DNA of 64,000 nucleotides from Bacteroidales bacterium (GCA_004557565.1 SFGS01000002.1:5796-69795), one strand, 5' to 3'; shown: positions 36,692 through 48,762, counted from the first letter of the stretch. Notes: generated by a model from the sequence alone, not told the origin. Numbers and translations: made by a program.

Positions 36692-38827
36692 TTATTCTTC
36701 GTTAAGAAGGATTTCCATCATGTTGATAGCCGACTTCATCACTGAAGTACCAGGACCGTAGATAGCGGCCACACCAGCCTTGTAGAGGAAGTCGTAGTCC
36801 TGTACTGGAATTACACCACCAGCGGTTACCATGATGTCTTCACGACCAAGTTTCTTCAATTCTGCAATTACTGCAGGAATCAAAGTCTTGTGACCAGCGG
36901 CAAGTGAAGAAACACCGAGGATGTTAACGTCGTTTTCAACTGCTTGCTTAGCTGATTCTTCTGGAGTTTGGAACAAAGGTCCCATATCCACGTCGTAACC
37001 ACAGTCGGCATAACCAGTAGCACAAACCTTTGCACCACGGTCGTGGCCGTCTTGACCCATTTTAGCAATCATAATACGTGGTTGACGACCATATTTCTGT
37101 GCAAACTTAGTAGTAAGTTCGCGAGCCTTTTCGAGGTCAGAGTTGTTGTTTGCTTCTGTAGAGTACACGCCTGAAATCACATTAACTTTTGCTTTATAAC
37201 GGCCTACGATTTTTTCGCAAGCATCAGAAATTTCACCGAGTGAAGCACGGTCCTTAGCAGCTTGTACAGCGAGAGCAAGGAGGTTGCCTTCACCAGTCTT
37301 TACGCAGTTAGTAAGAGCGTCGAGGTCGGCCTTAACCTTGTCGTTGTCACGCTCTTTGTAGAGCTTTTGAAGACCAGCAACTTGTTCGTTGCGCACTTCA
37401 GTGTTGTCAATTTCAAGAATATCGATTGGAGCTTCTTTTTCAAGAACGTATTTGTTAACGCCGATAATGGTTTGACGACCAGAGTCGATACGGGCTTGAG
37501 TACGAGCAGCTGCTTCTTCAATACGCATTTTTGGCACACCAGTTTCAATAGCCTTAGCCATACCACCGAGCTTTTCGATTTCTTCAATGTGTGCCCATGC
37601 CTTGTGCACGAGTTCATCGGTGAGCTTTTCTACATAGTAAGAACCAGCCCATGGGTCGATGGCCTTGGTGATGAATGTTTCTTGTTGGATAAAGATCTGG
37701 GTGTTACGAGCAATACGAGCAGAGAAGTCGGTTGGAAGTGCGATAGCCTCATCAAGTGCGTTGGTGTGGAGTGATTGAGTGTGGCCTTGAGCAGCAGCCA
37801 TAGCTTCAATACAAGTACGACCTACGTTGTTGAATGGGTCTTGTGCAGTAAGTGACCAACCTGAAGTCTGGCTGTGTGTACGGAGCGACATTGATTTTGG
37901 GTTTTGAGCACCGAAGCTCTTTACAATCTTTGCCCAAAGCAGACGACCAGCACGCATCTTAGCTACTTCAGTGAAGAAGTTCATTGAGATACCCCAGAAG
38001 AATGACAAACGTGGAGCGAAAGCGTCAACAGAAAGACCTGCGTTCACACCTGTGCGGATGTAGTCCATACCGTCGGCAAGAGTGTAAGCGAGCTCAATAT
38101 CAGCGGTTGCACCAGCTTCTTGGATGTGGTAACCAGAGATAGAGATACTGTTGAACTTAGGCATATTTTGTGAGGTGTACTCGAAAATGCTTGCGATGAT
38201 GTCCATAGAGAATTTTGGAGGATAGATATAGGTGTTACGCACCATGAATTCCTTCAAAATATCGTTTTGGATAGTACCTGCCATTTCTTCGAGTTTAGCG
38301 CCTTGTTCCAAACCTGCTACGATGTAGAATGCGAGAATTGGAAGCACTGCACCGTTCATGGTCATAGACACTGACATCTTGTTCAATGGAATACCATCGA
38401 AAAGCACCTTCATGTCTTCAACTGAGCAGATAGACACACCAGCCTTACCCACATCACCAACCACGCGTTGGTTGTCGGCGTTGTAACCGCGGTGGGTTGG
38501 AAGGTCGAATGCTACTGACAGACCTTTCTGACCAGAAGCCAAGTTACGGCGGTAGAATGCGTTAGATTCAGCTGCGGTAGAGAAACCAGCGTACTGACGT
38601 ACAGTCCAAGGGCGGAATGGGTACATCAAGCTGTAAGGGCCACCAAGGAATGGAGGAATACCAGCAACGAAATCAAGGTGTTCCAGACCTTCAAGGTCTT
38701 GGCGAGTATATACTGGCTTAATATCGAGCAACTCGGCGTTTTTCCAAGGCTCAGCCAGTTTGAGAGGCTTGTGTTCTACATTGAAAGCCTCATTTGCGAT
38801 ATCTATATTTTTAAAATTTGGTCTCAT
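36692..38827 (-). CDS. scpA: Methylmalonyl-CoA mutase large (catalytic, B12-binding) subunit
   Basis: [33 protein letters not shown] and B12 motif [19 protein letters not shown]. Confidence 0.96.
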   Translation of the reverse strand: MRPNFKNIDIANEAFNVEHKPLKLAEPWKNAELLDIKPVYTRQDLEGLEHLDFVAGIPPFLGGPYSLMYPFRPWTVRQYAGFSTAAESNAFYRRNLASGQKGLSVAFDLPTHRGYNADNQRVVGDVGKAGVSICSVEDMKVLFDGIPLNKMSVSMTMNGAVLPILAFYIVAGLEQGAKLEEMAGTIQNDILKEFMVRNTYIYPPKFSMDIIASIFEYTSQNMPKFNSISISGYHIQEAGATADIELAYTLADGMDYIRTGVNAGLSVDAFAPRLSFFWGISMNFFTEVAKMRAGRLLWAKIVKSFGAQNPKSMSLRTHSQTSGWSLTAQDPFNNVGRTCIEAMAAAQGHTQSLHTNALDEAIALPTDFSARIARNTQIFIQQETFITKAIDPWAGSYYVEKLTDELVHKAWAHIEEIEKLGGMAKAIETGVPKMRIEEAAARTQARIDSGRQTIIGVNKYVLEKEAPIDILEIDNTEVRNEQVAGLQKLYKERDNDKVKADLDALTNCVKTGEGNLLALAVQAAKDRASLGEISDACEKIVGRYKAKVNVISGVYSTEANNNSDLEKARELTTKFAQKYGRQPRIMIAKMGQDGHDRGAKVCATGYADCGYDVDMGPLFQTPEESAKQAVENDVNILGVSSLAAGHKTLIPAVIAELKKLGREDIMVTAGGVIPVQDYDFLYKAGVAAIYGPGTSVMKSAINMMEILLNEE

Positions 38828-38835
38828 TGTTGTGA

Positions 38836-40668
38836 TTATTTTAAAAGTTTAGCATTGAAAGCCTTCAATGTTGAAAGAACATTGGTGCGAACGTTAATAA
38901 AGTTGGTTACACCCATAGCCTTAAATTCGTCGGTTTCAGGACCAGCGAGAACGAATTCTGCGCGGCCATCGAGAGCCTTGAGAGCGCCAGGGATTAATTC
39001 AGGATACTCAGCGTCGCTTGAGCAGAGAACTACAACATCAGCCTTAGCAGCCATAGCAGCTTCTACGCCTTCTTCTACGGTCTTGAAGCCGTTGTTGTCG
39101 ATCAACTTGTAACCAGCGCAGCCGAAGAAGTTGTCGCTGAATTGAGCGCGAGCCAGACGCATTGCCAAGTTACCGATAGTGAGCATGAACACAACTGGAG
39201 TGTTGGCTGCTTCTTCGGTAGATTGACGGAGGTCTTCGAATTGGCTTGCCAAACGCTTGCTGTTAAGTACAGGAGCACCTTCTTCAGGAGCGCAGCTGCA
39301 ACCGCAGCAGCAAGTGAGAGCCTTCTTGCCATCAGATACTTCGGTGAAGTTAGGGAATTGGTTGGTACCGAGAAGCTGTTCACGACGTTTAGCCACCTTG
39401 TCGAAACGTGCGTTAGCAGATTCGTTGATAGCGTTTGTCACATCATAGCTTTCAACAGCAGCCTTGAATCCACCCTTATCTTCGGTTTCGAGGAACAACT
39501 TCCAAGCCACTTGTGCGAGCGACATGGTGAGTTCTTCGATATAGTATGAACCACCAGCAGGGTCAACCACCTTGTCGAGGTGACTTTCTTCCTTGAGGAG
39601 GAGTTGCTGGTTGCGTGCGATACGTTCGCTAAATTCGTCAGACTTCTTGTAAGGAGCGTCGAATGGAGTGACGGTGATTTCGTCAACTGATGCGAGAGCT
39701 GCCGACATAGCCTGAGTTTGTGAACGGAGCATGTTTACGTATGAGTCAAACAAGGTTTGGCTGTAACGTGAAGTTGTAGCGTTCACTACCATCTTGCAAG
39801 CGCAGTCGCAAGCAGGGTTGTATTGCTTCACGATTTGAGCCCAAAGCATACGTGCTGCACGGAATTTTGCCAATTCCATGAAATATACTGTTGAAACGCC
39901 CATGTTGAATTTGATGCGGTTTGCCACTTCGTCGGCGGTAAAACCTGCTTCGGTCAACTGTGCCATCCATTCGTTACCCCAAGAGAGCGCGTAACCGAGT
40001 TCTTGGTAAATGTATGCACCAGCGTTGCAAAGCATTTCGCTATCTACAGAGAGAACACGGAGTCCCTTAACTGGAGCAACAACCTTGAGAAGTTCAGCAG
40101 CCACCTGAGTCATGTCGTCAGAGAGCTTCTTGCCTTTCTTGAATGCAGCCTTGTAAGGGTTGAAGTTGATAGAACCAACAAACTTGTCGGCAGTACCCTT
40201 CTTTTCGAGGTATGCTACGAGAGCCTTAGCAAATTCTACAACGTGCTTAGGGCAAACGATGAAGTTTACTTGGGCGTATTCGGTGTAAACACCTTCAAGA
40301 AGAGTGTCGAGATCGAGATTTTCACCCATTTTGAAACCTAAAGAGGTAATACCCTTGTTGAGAACGTCGAGTGCCTTTGCATTTGCTTCTTTCACGTCGG
40401 TAGCATCGATGTTTTGGCGGGTTTGCCAATCGTTGTTAGTACGTGTACCACGAACATAAGGATACTCACTTGGGAGTGAATCAATTGTTTTGAAGTCCTT
40501 GATGTCCACTCCACGGTAAAGGGGCTGAACATTGAAACCTTCATTAGTTCGCCAAACCATTTTCTTATCGAAGTCAGCGCCTTTCAGGTCAACTTCGGCC
40601 TTTGCTCTCCATTCTTCAGGAGACACAGGAGAAAACATGTCGAACAATTTTTCTCTTTTTTCTGCCAT
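38836..40668 (-). CDS. mutA: Methylmalonyl-CoA mutase small subunit
   Basis: [44 protein letters not shown] and VVLCSSD. It lacks the DxHxxG motif. Confidence 0.94.
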   Translation of the reverse strand: MAEKREKLFDMFSPVSPEEWRAKAEVDLKGADFDKKMVWRTNEGFNVQPLYRGVDIKDFKTIDSLPSEYPYVRGTRTNNDWQTRQNIDATDVKEANAKALDVLNKGITSLGFKMGENLDLDTLLEGVYTEYAQVNFIVCPKHVVEFAKALVAYLEKKGTADKFVGSINFNPYKAAFKKGKKLSDDMTQVAAELLKVVAPVKGLRVLSVDSEMLCNAGAYIYQELGYALSWGNEWMAQLTEAGFTADEVANRIKFNMGVSTVYFMELAKFRAARMLWAQIVKQYNPACDCACKMVVNATTSRYSQTLFDSYVNMLRSQTQAMSAALASVDEITVTPFDAPYKKSDEFSERIARNQQLLLKEESHLDKVVDPAGGSYYIEELTMSLAQVAWKLFLETEDKGGFKAAVESYDVTNAINESANARFDKVAKRREQLLGTNQFPNFTEVSDGKKALTCCCGCSCAPEEGAPVLNSKRLASQFEDLRQSTEEAANTPVVFMLTIGNLAMRLARAQFSDNFFGCAGYKLIDNNGFKTVEEGVEAAMAAKADVVVLCSSDAEYPELIPGALKALDGRAEFVLAGPETDEFKAMGVTNFINVRTNVLSTLKAFNAKLLK

Positions 40669-40743
40669 AGCTTTAAAAATAAATTATATAGTAACTTAAT
40701 AGTTGTTTTACTTCATCAGAAGATTATGGTCTTTAAAAACACA

Positions 40744-40751
40744 CAAAGTTA
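40744..40751 (-). promoter_or_regulatory. -7 box (TAACTTTG) for mutA-scpA
   Basis: Plus-strand CAAAGTTA, 75 nt upstream of the start. Confidence 0.6.
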
Positions 40752-40850
40752 TAAAGAATTATTGAATTAATTCCATAATTAGCGATGTTTTTATAGTATA
40801 AATTCCGTTAATTGTGGTAATTGTGGGAGGGCTAAACCAATAAATAACGT

Positions 40851-40890
40851 AAAAAGAAAGCAGCACCACGATTTTTCGCAGTGCTGCTCT
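40851..40890 (-). terminator. Intrinsic terminator after pgk
   Basis: Stem agcagcac/gtgctgct with an A-rich left flank (U-rich tail on the minus strand). Confidence 0.7.
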
Positions 40891-40912
40891 ATAATTATAT
40901 TTAGTGAACTAA

Positions 40913-42166
40913 TTATTCACCTTTGATAGCTGCCACACCTGGAAGCACTTTGCCTTCGATAGCTTCAAGAAGAGCACCACCACCAGTTGATACGTAAGAA
41001 ACTTGGTCGGCATAACCAAACTTGTTGACGCAAGCCACTGAGTCGCCACCTCCTACGAGTGAGAAAGCACCATTCTTGGTTGCTTCTACTATTGCGTCAG
41101 CGATAGCCTTTGAACCTACAGCGAAGTTGTCGAATTCAAACACGCCAGCAGGACCGTTCCAAAGGATAGTCTTTGCGTCCTTGATTGCGTCAGCAAACTT
41201 AACGCGGCTCTTAGGACCGATGTCAAGACCTTCCCAACCAGCAGGGATTTCCTTAGCCGAGCAAACTTGAGTGTTAGCGTCGTTGCTGAAACTGTCAGCG
41301 CAAATGCAATCTTCAGCAAGCACGAGGTTCACGCCTTTTGCCTTAGCTTTGTCGATGATGTCGAGAGCAAGTTGCAACTTGTCGTTTTCGCAGATTGAAT
41401 CACCTACGGTGCCACCGAGAGCCTTCATGAAAGTGTAAGTCATACCACCGCAAAGAATGAGGTTGTCAACTTTTTCCATCAAGTTTTCGATAATACCAAT
41501 CTTGGTTGATACCTTAGAACCACCCATGATAGCGGTGAATGGACGCTTGATGTTGTTGAGAATGTTGTCAACAGCGTTGAGTTCCTTTTCCATCAAGAAA
41601 CCTACCATTTTGTTGTCGGCATCGAAGTAGTCAGCGATAACAGCGGTAGAAGCGTGCTTGCGGTGAGCGGTACCGAATGCGTCGTTTACATATACGTCGG
41701 CATAGCTTGCGAGGGTCTTTGCAAATTCTTTTTGCTTAGCCTTCATTTCCTTCTTTGCATCGTCGTAAGCAGGATCTGCTTTGTCGATTCCTACAGGCTT
41801 GCCTTCTTCTTCTGGGTAGAAACGAAGGTTTTCGAGAAGCAGGGCTTCGCCTGGCTTGAGAGCTGCAGCGGCTTCAGAAGCCTTAGCGCAGTCGGGAGCG
41901 AAAGCAACCTTTACACCGAGAGCGGCAGAAACTGCATCTACGATTTGACCGAGAGAAAGTTCTGGTTTCACTTTGCCCTTTGGCTTGCCCATGTGCGACA
42001 TGAGGATAAGGCTACCGCCGTCAGCCAAAATTTTCTTGAGAGTAGGGAGGGCACCGCGGATACGGGTGTCGTCGGTGATTTCGCCTTTTTCATTCAAAGG
42101 CACATTGAAGTCAACACGAACAATCGCTTTTTTACCAGCGAAATTGTAATCATTAATGTTTGCCAT
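40913..42166 (-). CDS. pgk: Phosphoglycerate kinase
   Basis: [48 protein letters not shown] and STGGGA. Confidence 0.98.
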   Translation of the reverse strand: MANINDYNFAGKKAIVRVDFNVPLNEKGEITDDTRIRGALPTLKKILADGGSLILMSHMGKPKGKVKPELSLGQIVDAVSAALGVKVAFAPDCAKASEAAAALKPGEALLLENLRFYPEEEGKPVGIDKADPAYDDAKKEMKAKQKEFAKTLASYADVYVNDAFGTAHRKHASTAVIADYFDADNKMVGFLMEKELNAVDNILNNIKRPFTAIMGGSKVSTKIGIIENLMEKVDNLILCGGMTYTFMKALGGTVGDSICENDKLQLALDIIDKAKAKGVNLVLAEDCICADSFSNDANTQVCSAKEIPAGWEGLDIGPKSRVKFADAIKDAKTILWNGPAGVFEFDNFAVGSKAIADAIVEATKNGAFSLVGGGDSVACVNKFGYADQVSYVSTGGGALLEAIEGKVLPGVAAIKGE

Positions 42167-42241
42167 TTTTTTTTACTATTGTATGTTTAAAATTAATAAG
42201 TTTGCTTTTTGGTTATCAACTCTGCTGTGTGATATTTATTG

Positions 42242-42249
42242 CAAAATTA
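42242..42249 (-). promoter_or_regulatory. -7 box (TAATTTTG) for pgk
   Basis: Plus-strand CAAAATTA in the pyrF-pgk gap. Confidence 0.65.
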
Positions 42250-42305
42250 TAAAAAAGTTGGGTAATAAGATATTAATTACTGAAAAAAATCTTTAATGTT
42301 GTAGG

Positions 42306-43121
42306 TTAAAGAATACTTTCAAGTAATTCCGACATTTGAGATTGAAGTTCTTGGGCTTTCTGCGCCGCTACTTGAGCGTAATCATCGTCATGTGAAGCGT
42401 GGATAATGCCGCGTGATGAATTCACCAGCAATCCACATTGCTTGTTCATTCCGTATTTTGCCACATTCTCAAGGCTGCCACCTTGTGCGCCAACGCCTGG
42501 CACGAGCAAGAAGTTGTTGGGAGCAATCTCGCGAATCTGTGTAAACATTTCAGCCTGTGTGGCACCGCACACATACATCATGTTGTCGGCATTTCCCCAC
42601 TTTTGTGTTGTGGCAAGCACACGCTTAAACAAAGGAGTGCCTTCCTCGTCTTTGATGTGCTGGAAGTCTAATGAACCTTTGTTGGAAGTAAGCGCCAAAA
42701 CCACTACCCATTTGCCTTCATAGGAGAGGAATGGGGTGACGCTGTCTTCGCCCATGTAAGGAGCCACTGTGAGCGCGTCCACATTCATCGTTTCGAAGAA
42801 ACTTTTAGCATACATCTTGCTGGTGTTGCCAATGTCGCCACGCTTGGCATCGGCGATAATCATGATTTCGGGATAGTGTTCACGAATGTACTTTACGGTG
42901 TCTTCAAATGCTTGCAGACCTTTCACGCCTTGCACTTCGTAGAATGCCAAATTTGGCTTGAAGGCTACGGCATACTGGGCTGTGGCATCGATAATCGCTT
43001 TGTTGAAAGCGAACAAATCTCCGTTCAGCGACTTTGGCATTTTATCCAAGTCGGGGTCCAAACCTACGCACAGAAAACTGCGTTTGTTTTTAATTTGGTT
43101 AAATAGTTCTTGTCTGTTCAT
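42306..43121 (-). CDS. pyrF: Orotidine-5'-phosphate decarboxylase
   Basis: [36 protein letters not shown] and VNSSRGI. Confidence 0.96.
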   Translation of the reverse strand: MNRQELFNQIKNKRSFLCVGLDPDLDKMPKSLNGDLFAFNKAIIDATAQYAVAFKPNLAFYEVQGVKGLQAFEDTVKYIREHYPEIMIIADAKRGDIGNTSKMYAKSFFETMNVDALTVAPYMGEDSVTPFLSYEGKWVVVLALTSNKGSLDFQHIKDEEGTPLFKRVLATTQKWGNADNMMYVCGATQAEMFTQIREIAPNNFLLVPGVGAQGGSLENVAKYGMNKQCGLLVNSSRGIIHASHDDDYAQVAAQKAQELQSQMSELLESIL

Positions 43122-43124
43122 ATC

Positions 43125-44234
43125 TTATAATTCGGCTTCTTTAAGTTTTTCTGCGTTTTCAGCCACAATCAGGTGGTCGATACAGTCTTGAATATCGCCG
43201 TCCATGAAAGCAGGGAGATTATATATAGTGTAACCGATACGGTGGTCGGTGATACGTCCTTGTGGAAAATTATATGTGCGGATTTTCGCAGAGCGGTCGC
43301 CAGTTGACACGAGGGTTTTGCGACGGCTTGCTATGTCGTCCATATATTTTTTATGTTCGTTGTCGTAGATAAATGTACGCAAGCGTGCAAGCGCGCGTTC
43401 CTTATTCTTTGGTTGGTCGCGTGTTTCGGTACACTCAATCAGAATTTCCTGTTGCTCATTGGTGTTGGGGTTGGTCCACATATAGCGCAGACGCACACCT
43501 GAGTTCACCTTGTTCACGTTCTGACCACCTGCACCACCGCTTCGGAAAGTGTCCCATTTGATTTCGCCCTCGTTGATTTGCACATCGAAAGGCTCAGCCT
43601 CAGGCAATACAGCCACTGATGCCGCACTGGTGTGAACACGTCCTTGAGTTTCGGTAGCAGGCACACGTTGTACACGGTGCACGCCCGATTCGTATTTCAA
43701 GGTGCCGTACACATTATCGCCCTTAATACTCATCACTATTTCTTTGAAGCCACCTGCTGCGCCTTCGCTGCTGCTCGACACTTGCACCGACCAGCCTTTC
43801 TGTTCGCAGTAGCGGGTGTACATGCGTGCCAAATCGCCAGCGAAAATGGCAGCTTCATCGCCACCGGTTCCGCCACGAAGTTCGAGCACCACATTTTTAG
43901 AGTCTTCTGGGTCTTCTGGAATTAAAAGCAACTTGATTTCCTCTTCCATTTTCGGAATTTGAGGCTCATTGGCATCAAGTTCTTCTTTTGCCATTTCACG
44001 AATGTCGGGATCCGATTCGTTTGCTATTAAAAACTTAGCATCTTCGATATCCGCCAATAATTTCTTGTACTTATTAGCAGCATTCAAAAGGTCTTCGAGA
44101 TGCTTGTATTCCTTAGTTAATTTCACATAGCGTCTCTGGTCGGCAATCACTGAAGGGTCAGTGATAAGGGTTCCTATTTCTTCATAGCGAGCGTCAAGCC
44201 CTTCGAGACGGTTGAGTAATGTAGAATCTGACAT
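43125..44234 (-). CDS. prfA: Peptide chain release factor 1
   Basis: GGTGGDEA, ESGVHRVQRVPAT (PxT anticodon of RF1), GGQ and RTYNFPQGR. Confidence 0.97.
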   Translation of the reverse strand: MSDSTLLNRLEGLDARYEEIGTLITDPSVIADQRRYVKLTKEYKHLEDLLNAANKYKKLLADIEDAKFLIANESDPDIREMAKEELDANEPQIPKMEEEIKLLLIPEDPEDSKNVVLELRGGTGGDEAAIFAGDLARMYTRYCEQKGWSVQVSSSSEGAAGGFKEIVMSIKGDNVYGTLKYESGVHRVQRVPATETQGRVHTSAASVAVLPEAEPFDVQINEGEIKWDTFRSGGAGGQNVNKVNSGVRLRYMWTNPNTNEQQEILIECTETRDQPKNKERALARLRTFIYDNEHKKYMDDIASRRKTLVSTGDRSAKIRTYNFPQGRITDHRIGYTIYNLPAFMDGDIQDCIDHLIVAENAEKLKEAEL

Positions 44235-44261
44235 GTATAATTATATCATCAAAATTTTTTA

Positions 44262-44269
44262 CAAAGTTA
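44262..44269 (-). promoter_or_regulatory. -7 box (TAACTTTG) for prfA-pyrF
   Basis: Plus-strand CAAAGTTA, 27 nt upstream of prfA. Confidence 0.65.
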
Positions 44270-44364
44270 CGAAAAGATTATAAATTAATGAGTATCACTT
44301 TTGCTCTAAAGAAAAAAGTTTGCAGAAAATATGTCATTTTATTGCGCAAATCTTACGTTTTGAG

Positions 44365-44372
44365 TAATTTTG
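44365..44372 (+). promoter_or_regulatory. -7 box (TAATTTTG) for carAB
   Basis: Exact match, with TTG ending 20 nt upstream (44342-44344). Confidence 0.7.
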
Positions 44373-44430
44373 TATGGTTTTCACGGCTTTTTTATGAAAA
44401 CCGTCAATAAATATAAACCGTATTAAATTG

Positions 44431-45510
44431 ATGACAACACTAAAAAAGGCCTCTCTTATCCTTGAGGATGGCACCAAATTTGAAGGATTTTCGTTTGGAG
44501 CTACTAAATCTTGCTCTGGCGAAGTAGTGTTTAACACTGGTATGACAGGCTACCCCGAAAGCCTTACCGACCCGTCTTATTTAGGTCAGATTCTTGTTTC
44601 CACATTCCCCCTTATTGGTAATTACGGCGTACCTTCTCGTCAAGAAGAGTTTGATGGCATGAGTGCATATCTCGAAAGTGAGAAAATTCACCCGCAAGCC
44701 ATTGTCTGCCAAGATTACTCCACTGAGTATAGTCACTGGCAATCAGTTTCCAGTCTGAGTGATTGGCTGATTGAAGAAAATGTGGTTGGCATTTGTGGTA
44801 TCGACACAAGAGCGTTGACTAAAATTTTGAGGGATAAAGGTTCGATGTTGGGGAAGATCATTGTAGATGGCTGCTCCAACATTGATTTTTATGACCCCAA
44901 CAAAGAGAATTTGGTAGGGAAGGCAAGTTGCAAAGAGGTGATTGAATACGGTATTGGCAACGCTAAAAATGTGGTGCTGGTGGATTGCGGTGTGAAAAAC
45001 AATATTATCCGCTGCTTGCTCCGCCGTGGTGCGCATGTGATAAGAGTTCCGTGGGATTACGATTTCACCACAATTGATTACGATGGACTGTTCATTTCCA
45101 ACGGACCTGGTAATCCTGATTTTGCAGAAGCTACCGTTGCAAACATTAAAAAAGCATTTGGGATAGGAAAACCTATATGTGGTATTTGCATGGGCAACCA
45201 ATTATTGTCGAAAGCGGCAGGTGCTAAGGTCTATAAGCTGAAATATGGCCACCGTGGTCAAAACCAACCAGTGCGTGAAGTGGGCACCAATCATTGCTTC
45301 GTGTCGTCGCAAAATCATGGTTTCGCAGTTGATACCACTTCGCTCAGCGCAGATTGGGAACCATATTTCGTGAACATGAACGATGGCACTAACGAAGGCA
45401 TTAAGCACAAGACCAAACCATTCTTCTCCACCCAGTTCCACCCCGAAGCATGTGGTGGTCCTACCGACACGGAATTTGTATTCGACATTTTTATGGATTT
45501 ATTAAAATAA
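44431..45510 (+). CDS. carA: Carbamoyl-phosphate synthase small subunit
   Basis: GEVVFNTGMTGYPESLTDPSY, GIDTRALT, SNGPGNP, GICMG (catalytic Cys), SQNHGF and QFHPE. Confidence 0.97.
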   Translation: MTTLKKASLILEDGTKFEGFSFGATKSCSGEVVFNTGMTGYPESLTDPSYLGQILVSTFPLIGNYGVPSRQEEFDGMSAYLESEKIHPQAIVCQDYSTEYSHWQSVSSLSDWLIEENVVGICGIDTRALTKILRDKGSMLGKIIVDGCSNIDFYDPNKENLVGKASCKEVIEYGIGNAKNVVLVDCGVKNNIIRCLLRRGAHVIRVPWDYDFTTIDYDGLFISNGPGNPDFAEATVANIKKAFGIGKPICGICMGNQLLSKAAGAKVYKLKYGHRGQNQPVREVGTNHCFVSSQNHGFAVDTTSLSADWEPYFVNMNDGTNEGIKHKTKPFFSTQFHPEACGGPTDTEFVFDIFMDLLK

Positions 45511-45521
45511 GGACTTGAGTT

Positions 45522-48500
45522 ATGGAACAGAATAATATTAAAAAAGTATTGATTTTGGGTTCTGGTGCCTTGAAAATTGGCGAGGCTGGCGAATTCGACT
45601 ATTCAGGCTCGCAAGCGCTTAAAGCCCTCAAGGAAGAAAAAATAACCACAGTTCTTATTAACCCAAATATTGCTACCGTACAAACCAGCGATGAATTTGC
45701 CGATAAGATTTATTTCCTTCCAGTCACACCATATTTTGTGGAAAAGGTGATTGAAAAGGAACGCCCCGACGGCATTCTTCTTTCGTTTGGCGGTCAAACT
45801 GCATTGAATTGCGGTGTTCAACTTTTCCAAAACAAGGTTTTAGAGAAATATAATGTGAAGGTTCTCGGCACTCCAGTTGAGGCGATTATGAATACTGAAG
45901 ACCGAGAATTATTTATACAGCAGCTCGACGAGATAGATGTGAAAACCATCAAGAGCGAGGCTGTTGATAACATCGATGATGCTATTCGTGCTGCTCGCGA
46001 GGTGGGCTATCCTGTGATTGTTCGTGCTGCTTACGCTCTTGGTGGTCTTGGTAGCGGTTTTTGCGACAACGAGGAAGAACTCACCAGCTTGGTGGAAAAA
46101 GCACTGTCGTTTTCACCACAAGTGCTTGTAGAAAAGTCGCTCAAAGGCTGGAAAGAGATAGAATATGAAGTGGTTCGCGACCGTTACGACAACTGTATTA
46201 CCGTATGTAATATGGAGAATTTCGACCCTCTCGGTATTCACACAGGCGAAAGTATCGTGGTTGCGCCATCGCAGACATTAAATAATGCCGACTATCACAA
46301 ACTCCGTGCGCTTGCCATCAAAATTATTCGCCATATTGGAATCGTGGGTGAATGTAATGTGCAATACGCCTACGACCCTTCATCGATGGACTATCGCGTG
46401 ATTGAGGTGAATGCCCGATTGAGTCGCTCGTCGGCATTGGCATCAAAAGCCACAGGTTATCCACTTGCTTTTGTGGCAGCCAAACTTGGCTTAGGCTATG
46501 GTTTGTTTGATTTGAAGAACTCAGTAACTAAAGTCACAAGTGCATTCTTCGAACCAGCACTTGATTATATAGTGTGTAAAATTCCTCGTTGGGATTTGGG
46601 CAAGTTCCACGGTGTGAAGCGTGAGATTGGTTCATCAATGAAATCGGTGGGCGAAGTGATGGCTATCGGTCGCACATTTGAGGAAGTGATTCAAAAGGGT
46701 TTGCGCATGATTGGTCAAGGCAAACACGGCTTTATCGAAAACTCACCCATGCGCATTGCCAACATTGAAAATGCTTTGAAAGAACCTACCGACAGCCGTA
46801 TTTTCGTGATTGAGAGCGCTTTCCGCAAAGGCTATGATGTGGATAAAATTCACGAACTTACCAAAATCGACAAGTGGTTCCTTTACAAGCTCCGCAATTT
46901 GTATCAAACTGCCACTGAACTGGAGTCGCTCAACCATATTAAGGATATTCCACAAGATTTGCTCAAACTCGCAAAACAGCAAGGATTCAGCGATTTCCAA
47001 ATTGCCAAAGCTGTATTGAAGCAAAATTTAGGAAATGGCCACGAAGCCAACCTGAAAGTTCGTGCCTTGAGAAATGAATATGGCATCAAGCCTGTGGTTA
47101 AGCAAATCGATACCCTGGCGGCTGAATATCCTGCTCAAACCAACTATTTGTATATGACCTACAACGGCACTACACACGATATTGCTTATGAAAACGATGG
47201 CAAATCTGTGGTGGTGGTTGGTTCTGGTGCTTACCGCATTGGTAGTTCCGTGGAATTTGACTGGTGTAGTGTGAATGCGCTGCTCACCGTGAAGCGTGAG
47301 GGCTGGCGTTCGGTGATGATTAACTATAATCCCGAAACCGTTTCCACCGACTATGATATGTGCGATCGCCTTTATTTCGATGAACTCACTTTTGAAAGGG
47401 TGATGGACATCATCGATTTGGAAACACCCCACGGCACAATTCTTTCCACTGGTGGACAGATTCCTAACAATTTGGCAATGAAACTCGACGCTCAAAAAGT
47501 GAAGATTTTGGGCACACAAGCCATTGACATTGACCACGCAGAAGATCGCCACAAATTCTCTGCTATGCTTGATGAATTGGGTATCGATCAGCCAGCATGG
47601 CGTGAATTGACTTCAATGGACGACATTCACAGTTTCATTGAAGATGTGGGCTATCCAGTGCTTGTGCGTCCTTCCTATGTGCTTTCTGGTGCGGCAATGA
47701 ATGTGTGCTCAAACGATGAAGAACTTGAACGCTTCTTGCAACTTGCCGCCAACGTGTCGAAGGAACACCCTGTGGTGGTGAGCGCATTCATTCAAAATGC
47801 AAAGGAAATAGAGTGGGATAGTGTGGCGCAAGATGGCGAAATCAAGTTGTATGCTATCAGTGAGCATATTGAGTTTGCCGGTGTTCACTCTGGCGATGCC
47901 ACAATTCAATTCCCTCCACAAAAACTATATGTGGAAACGATTCGCCGTATCAAGAAAATCAGTAGCAAGATTGCCAAGGCACTTCACATCAGCGGACCGT
48001 TTAATATTCAATATCTCGCCAAAAACAATGAGATCAAGGTGATTGAATGTAATTTGCGTGCATCACGTAGTTTCCCATTCGTGTCGAAAGTTTCTAAAAT
48101 CAACTTTATCGACTTGGCAACAAAGGTGATGCTCGGTATTCCTGTGGAGAAGCCAAACAGCAATGTGTTTGACCTCGATTATGTGGGTATTAAAGCTTCG
48201 CAATTCTCATTCTCACGTCTGCAAGGCGCCGACCCTGTATTGGGCGTGGATATGTCGTCTACTGGTGAGGTTGGTTGCTTGGGCGAAAGCACTTCTGAGG
48301 CACTGATGACTTCTATGCTTTCAGTTGGGCATCGTATTCCTAAAAAAGGCGTTTTGCTGAGCACTGGTTCAGCAAAACAAAAAGCCGACTTGCTTGAATC
48401 TGCACACAGACTCCATAAAAAAGGCTATCAATTATACGCCACTGCCGGCACGCACCGTTATTTGAATGATAATGGCATACCTGCAATTTTGGTGCATTGG

Positions 48501-48746
48501 CCAAGCGAGGCAGATAAAGAGCCACAAGCACTCGACTTGCTGCATAGAAAGCAGATTGATTTTGTGGTGAATATTCCTAAGAACCTCACCAGCAATGAAC
48601 TGACAAACGGTTATAAGATTCGCCGTGCAGCAGTTGATTTAAATGTGCCTCTCATCACCAATGCCCGACTTGCAAGTGCGTATATCCGAGCATTCTGCGA
48701 CCTTACTGTTGATGACATTGAGATCAAGTCGTGGGATGAATATTAA
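45522..48746 (+). CDS. carB: Carbamoyl-phosphate synthase large subunit
   Basis: Duplicated ATP-grasp halves (GEFDYSG / EFDWC; IEVNARLSRS / IECNLRASRS) and a C-terminal MGS domain. Confidence 0.97.
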   Translation: MEQNNIKKVLILGSGALKIGEAGEFDYSGSQALKALKEEKITTVLINPNIATVQTSDEFADKIYFLPVTPYFVEKVIEKERPDGILLSFGGQTALNCGVQLFQNKVLEKYNVKVLGTPVEAIMNTEDRELFIQQLDEIDVKTIKSEAVDNIDDAIRAAREVGYPVIVRAAYALGGLGSGFCDNEEELTSLVEKALSFSPQVLVEKSLKGWKEIEYEVVRDRYDNCITVCNMENFDPLGIHTGESIVVAPSQTLNNADYHKLRALAIKIIRHIGIVGECNVQYAYDPSSMDYRVIEVNARLSRSSALASKATGYPLAFVAAKLGLGYGLFDLKNSVTKVTSAFFEPALDYIVCKIPRWDLGKFHGVKREIGSSMKSVGEVMAIGRTFEEVIQKGLRMIGQGKHGFIENSPMRIANIENALKEPTDSRIFVIESAFRKGYDVDKIHELTKIDKWFLYKLRNLYQTATELESLNHIKDIPQDLLKLAKQQGFSDFQIAKAVLKQNLGNGHEANLKVRALRNEYGIKPVVKQIDTLAAEYPAQTNYLYMTYNGTTHDIAYENDGKSVVVVGSGAYRIGSSVEFDWCSVNALLTVKREGWRSVMINYNPETVSTDYDMCDRLYFDELTFERVMDIIDLETPHGTILSTGGQIPNNLAMKLDAQKVKILGTQAIDIDHAEDRHKFSAMLDELGIDQPAWRELTSMDDIHSFIEDVGYPVLVRPSYVLSGAAMNVCSNDEELERFLQLAANVSKEHPVVVSAFIQNAKEIEWDSVAQDGEIKLYAISEHIEFAGVHSGDATIQFPPQKLYVETIRRIKKISSKIAKALHISGPFNIQYLAKNNEIKVIECNLRASRSFPFVSKVSKINFIDLATKVMLGIPVEKPNSNVFDLDYVGIKASQFSFSRLQGADPVLGVDMSSTGEVGCLGESTSEALMTSMLSVGHRIPKKGVLLSTGSAKQKADLLESAHRLHKKGYQLYATAGTHRYLNDNGIPAILVHWPSEADKEPQALDLLHRKQIDFVVNIPKNLTSNELTNGYKIRRAAVDLNVPLITNARLASAYIRAFCDLTVDDIEIKSWDEY

Positions 48747-48762
48747 TATTTAATCGTGATTT

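Noticed and set aside
40669..40850. Cobalamin riboswitch upstream of mutA
   Set aside because: The leader is short and very AT-rich, with no B12-box-like conserved segments.
43125..44234. Programmed frameshift in the release factor gene
   Set aside because: It is RF1 (PAT motif) with one uninterrupted frame; the frameshift is a prfB feature.
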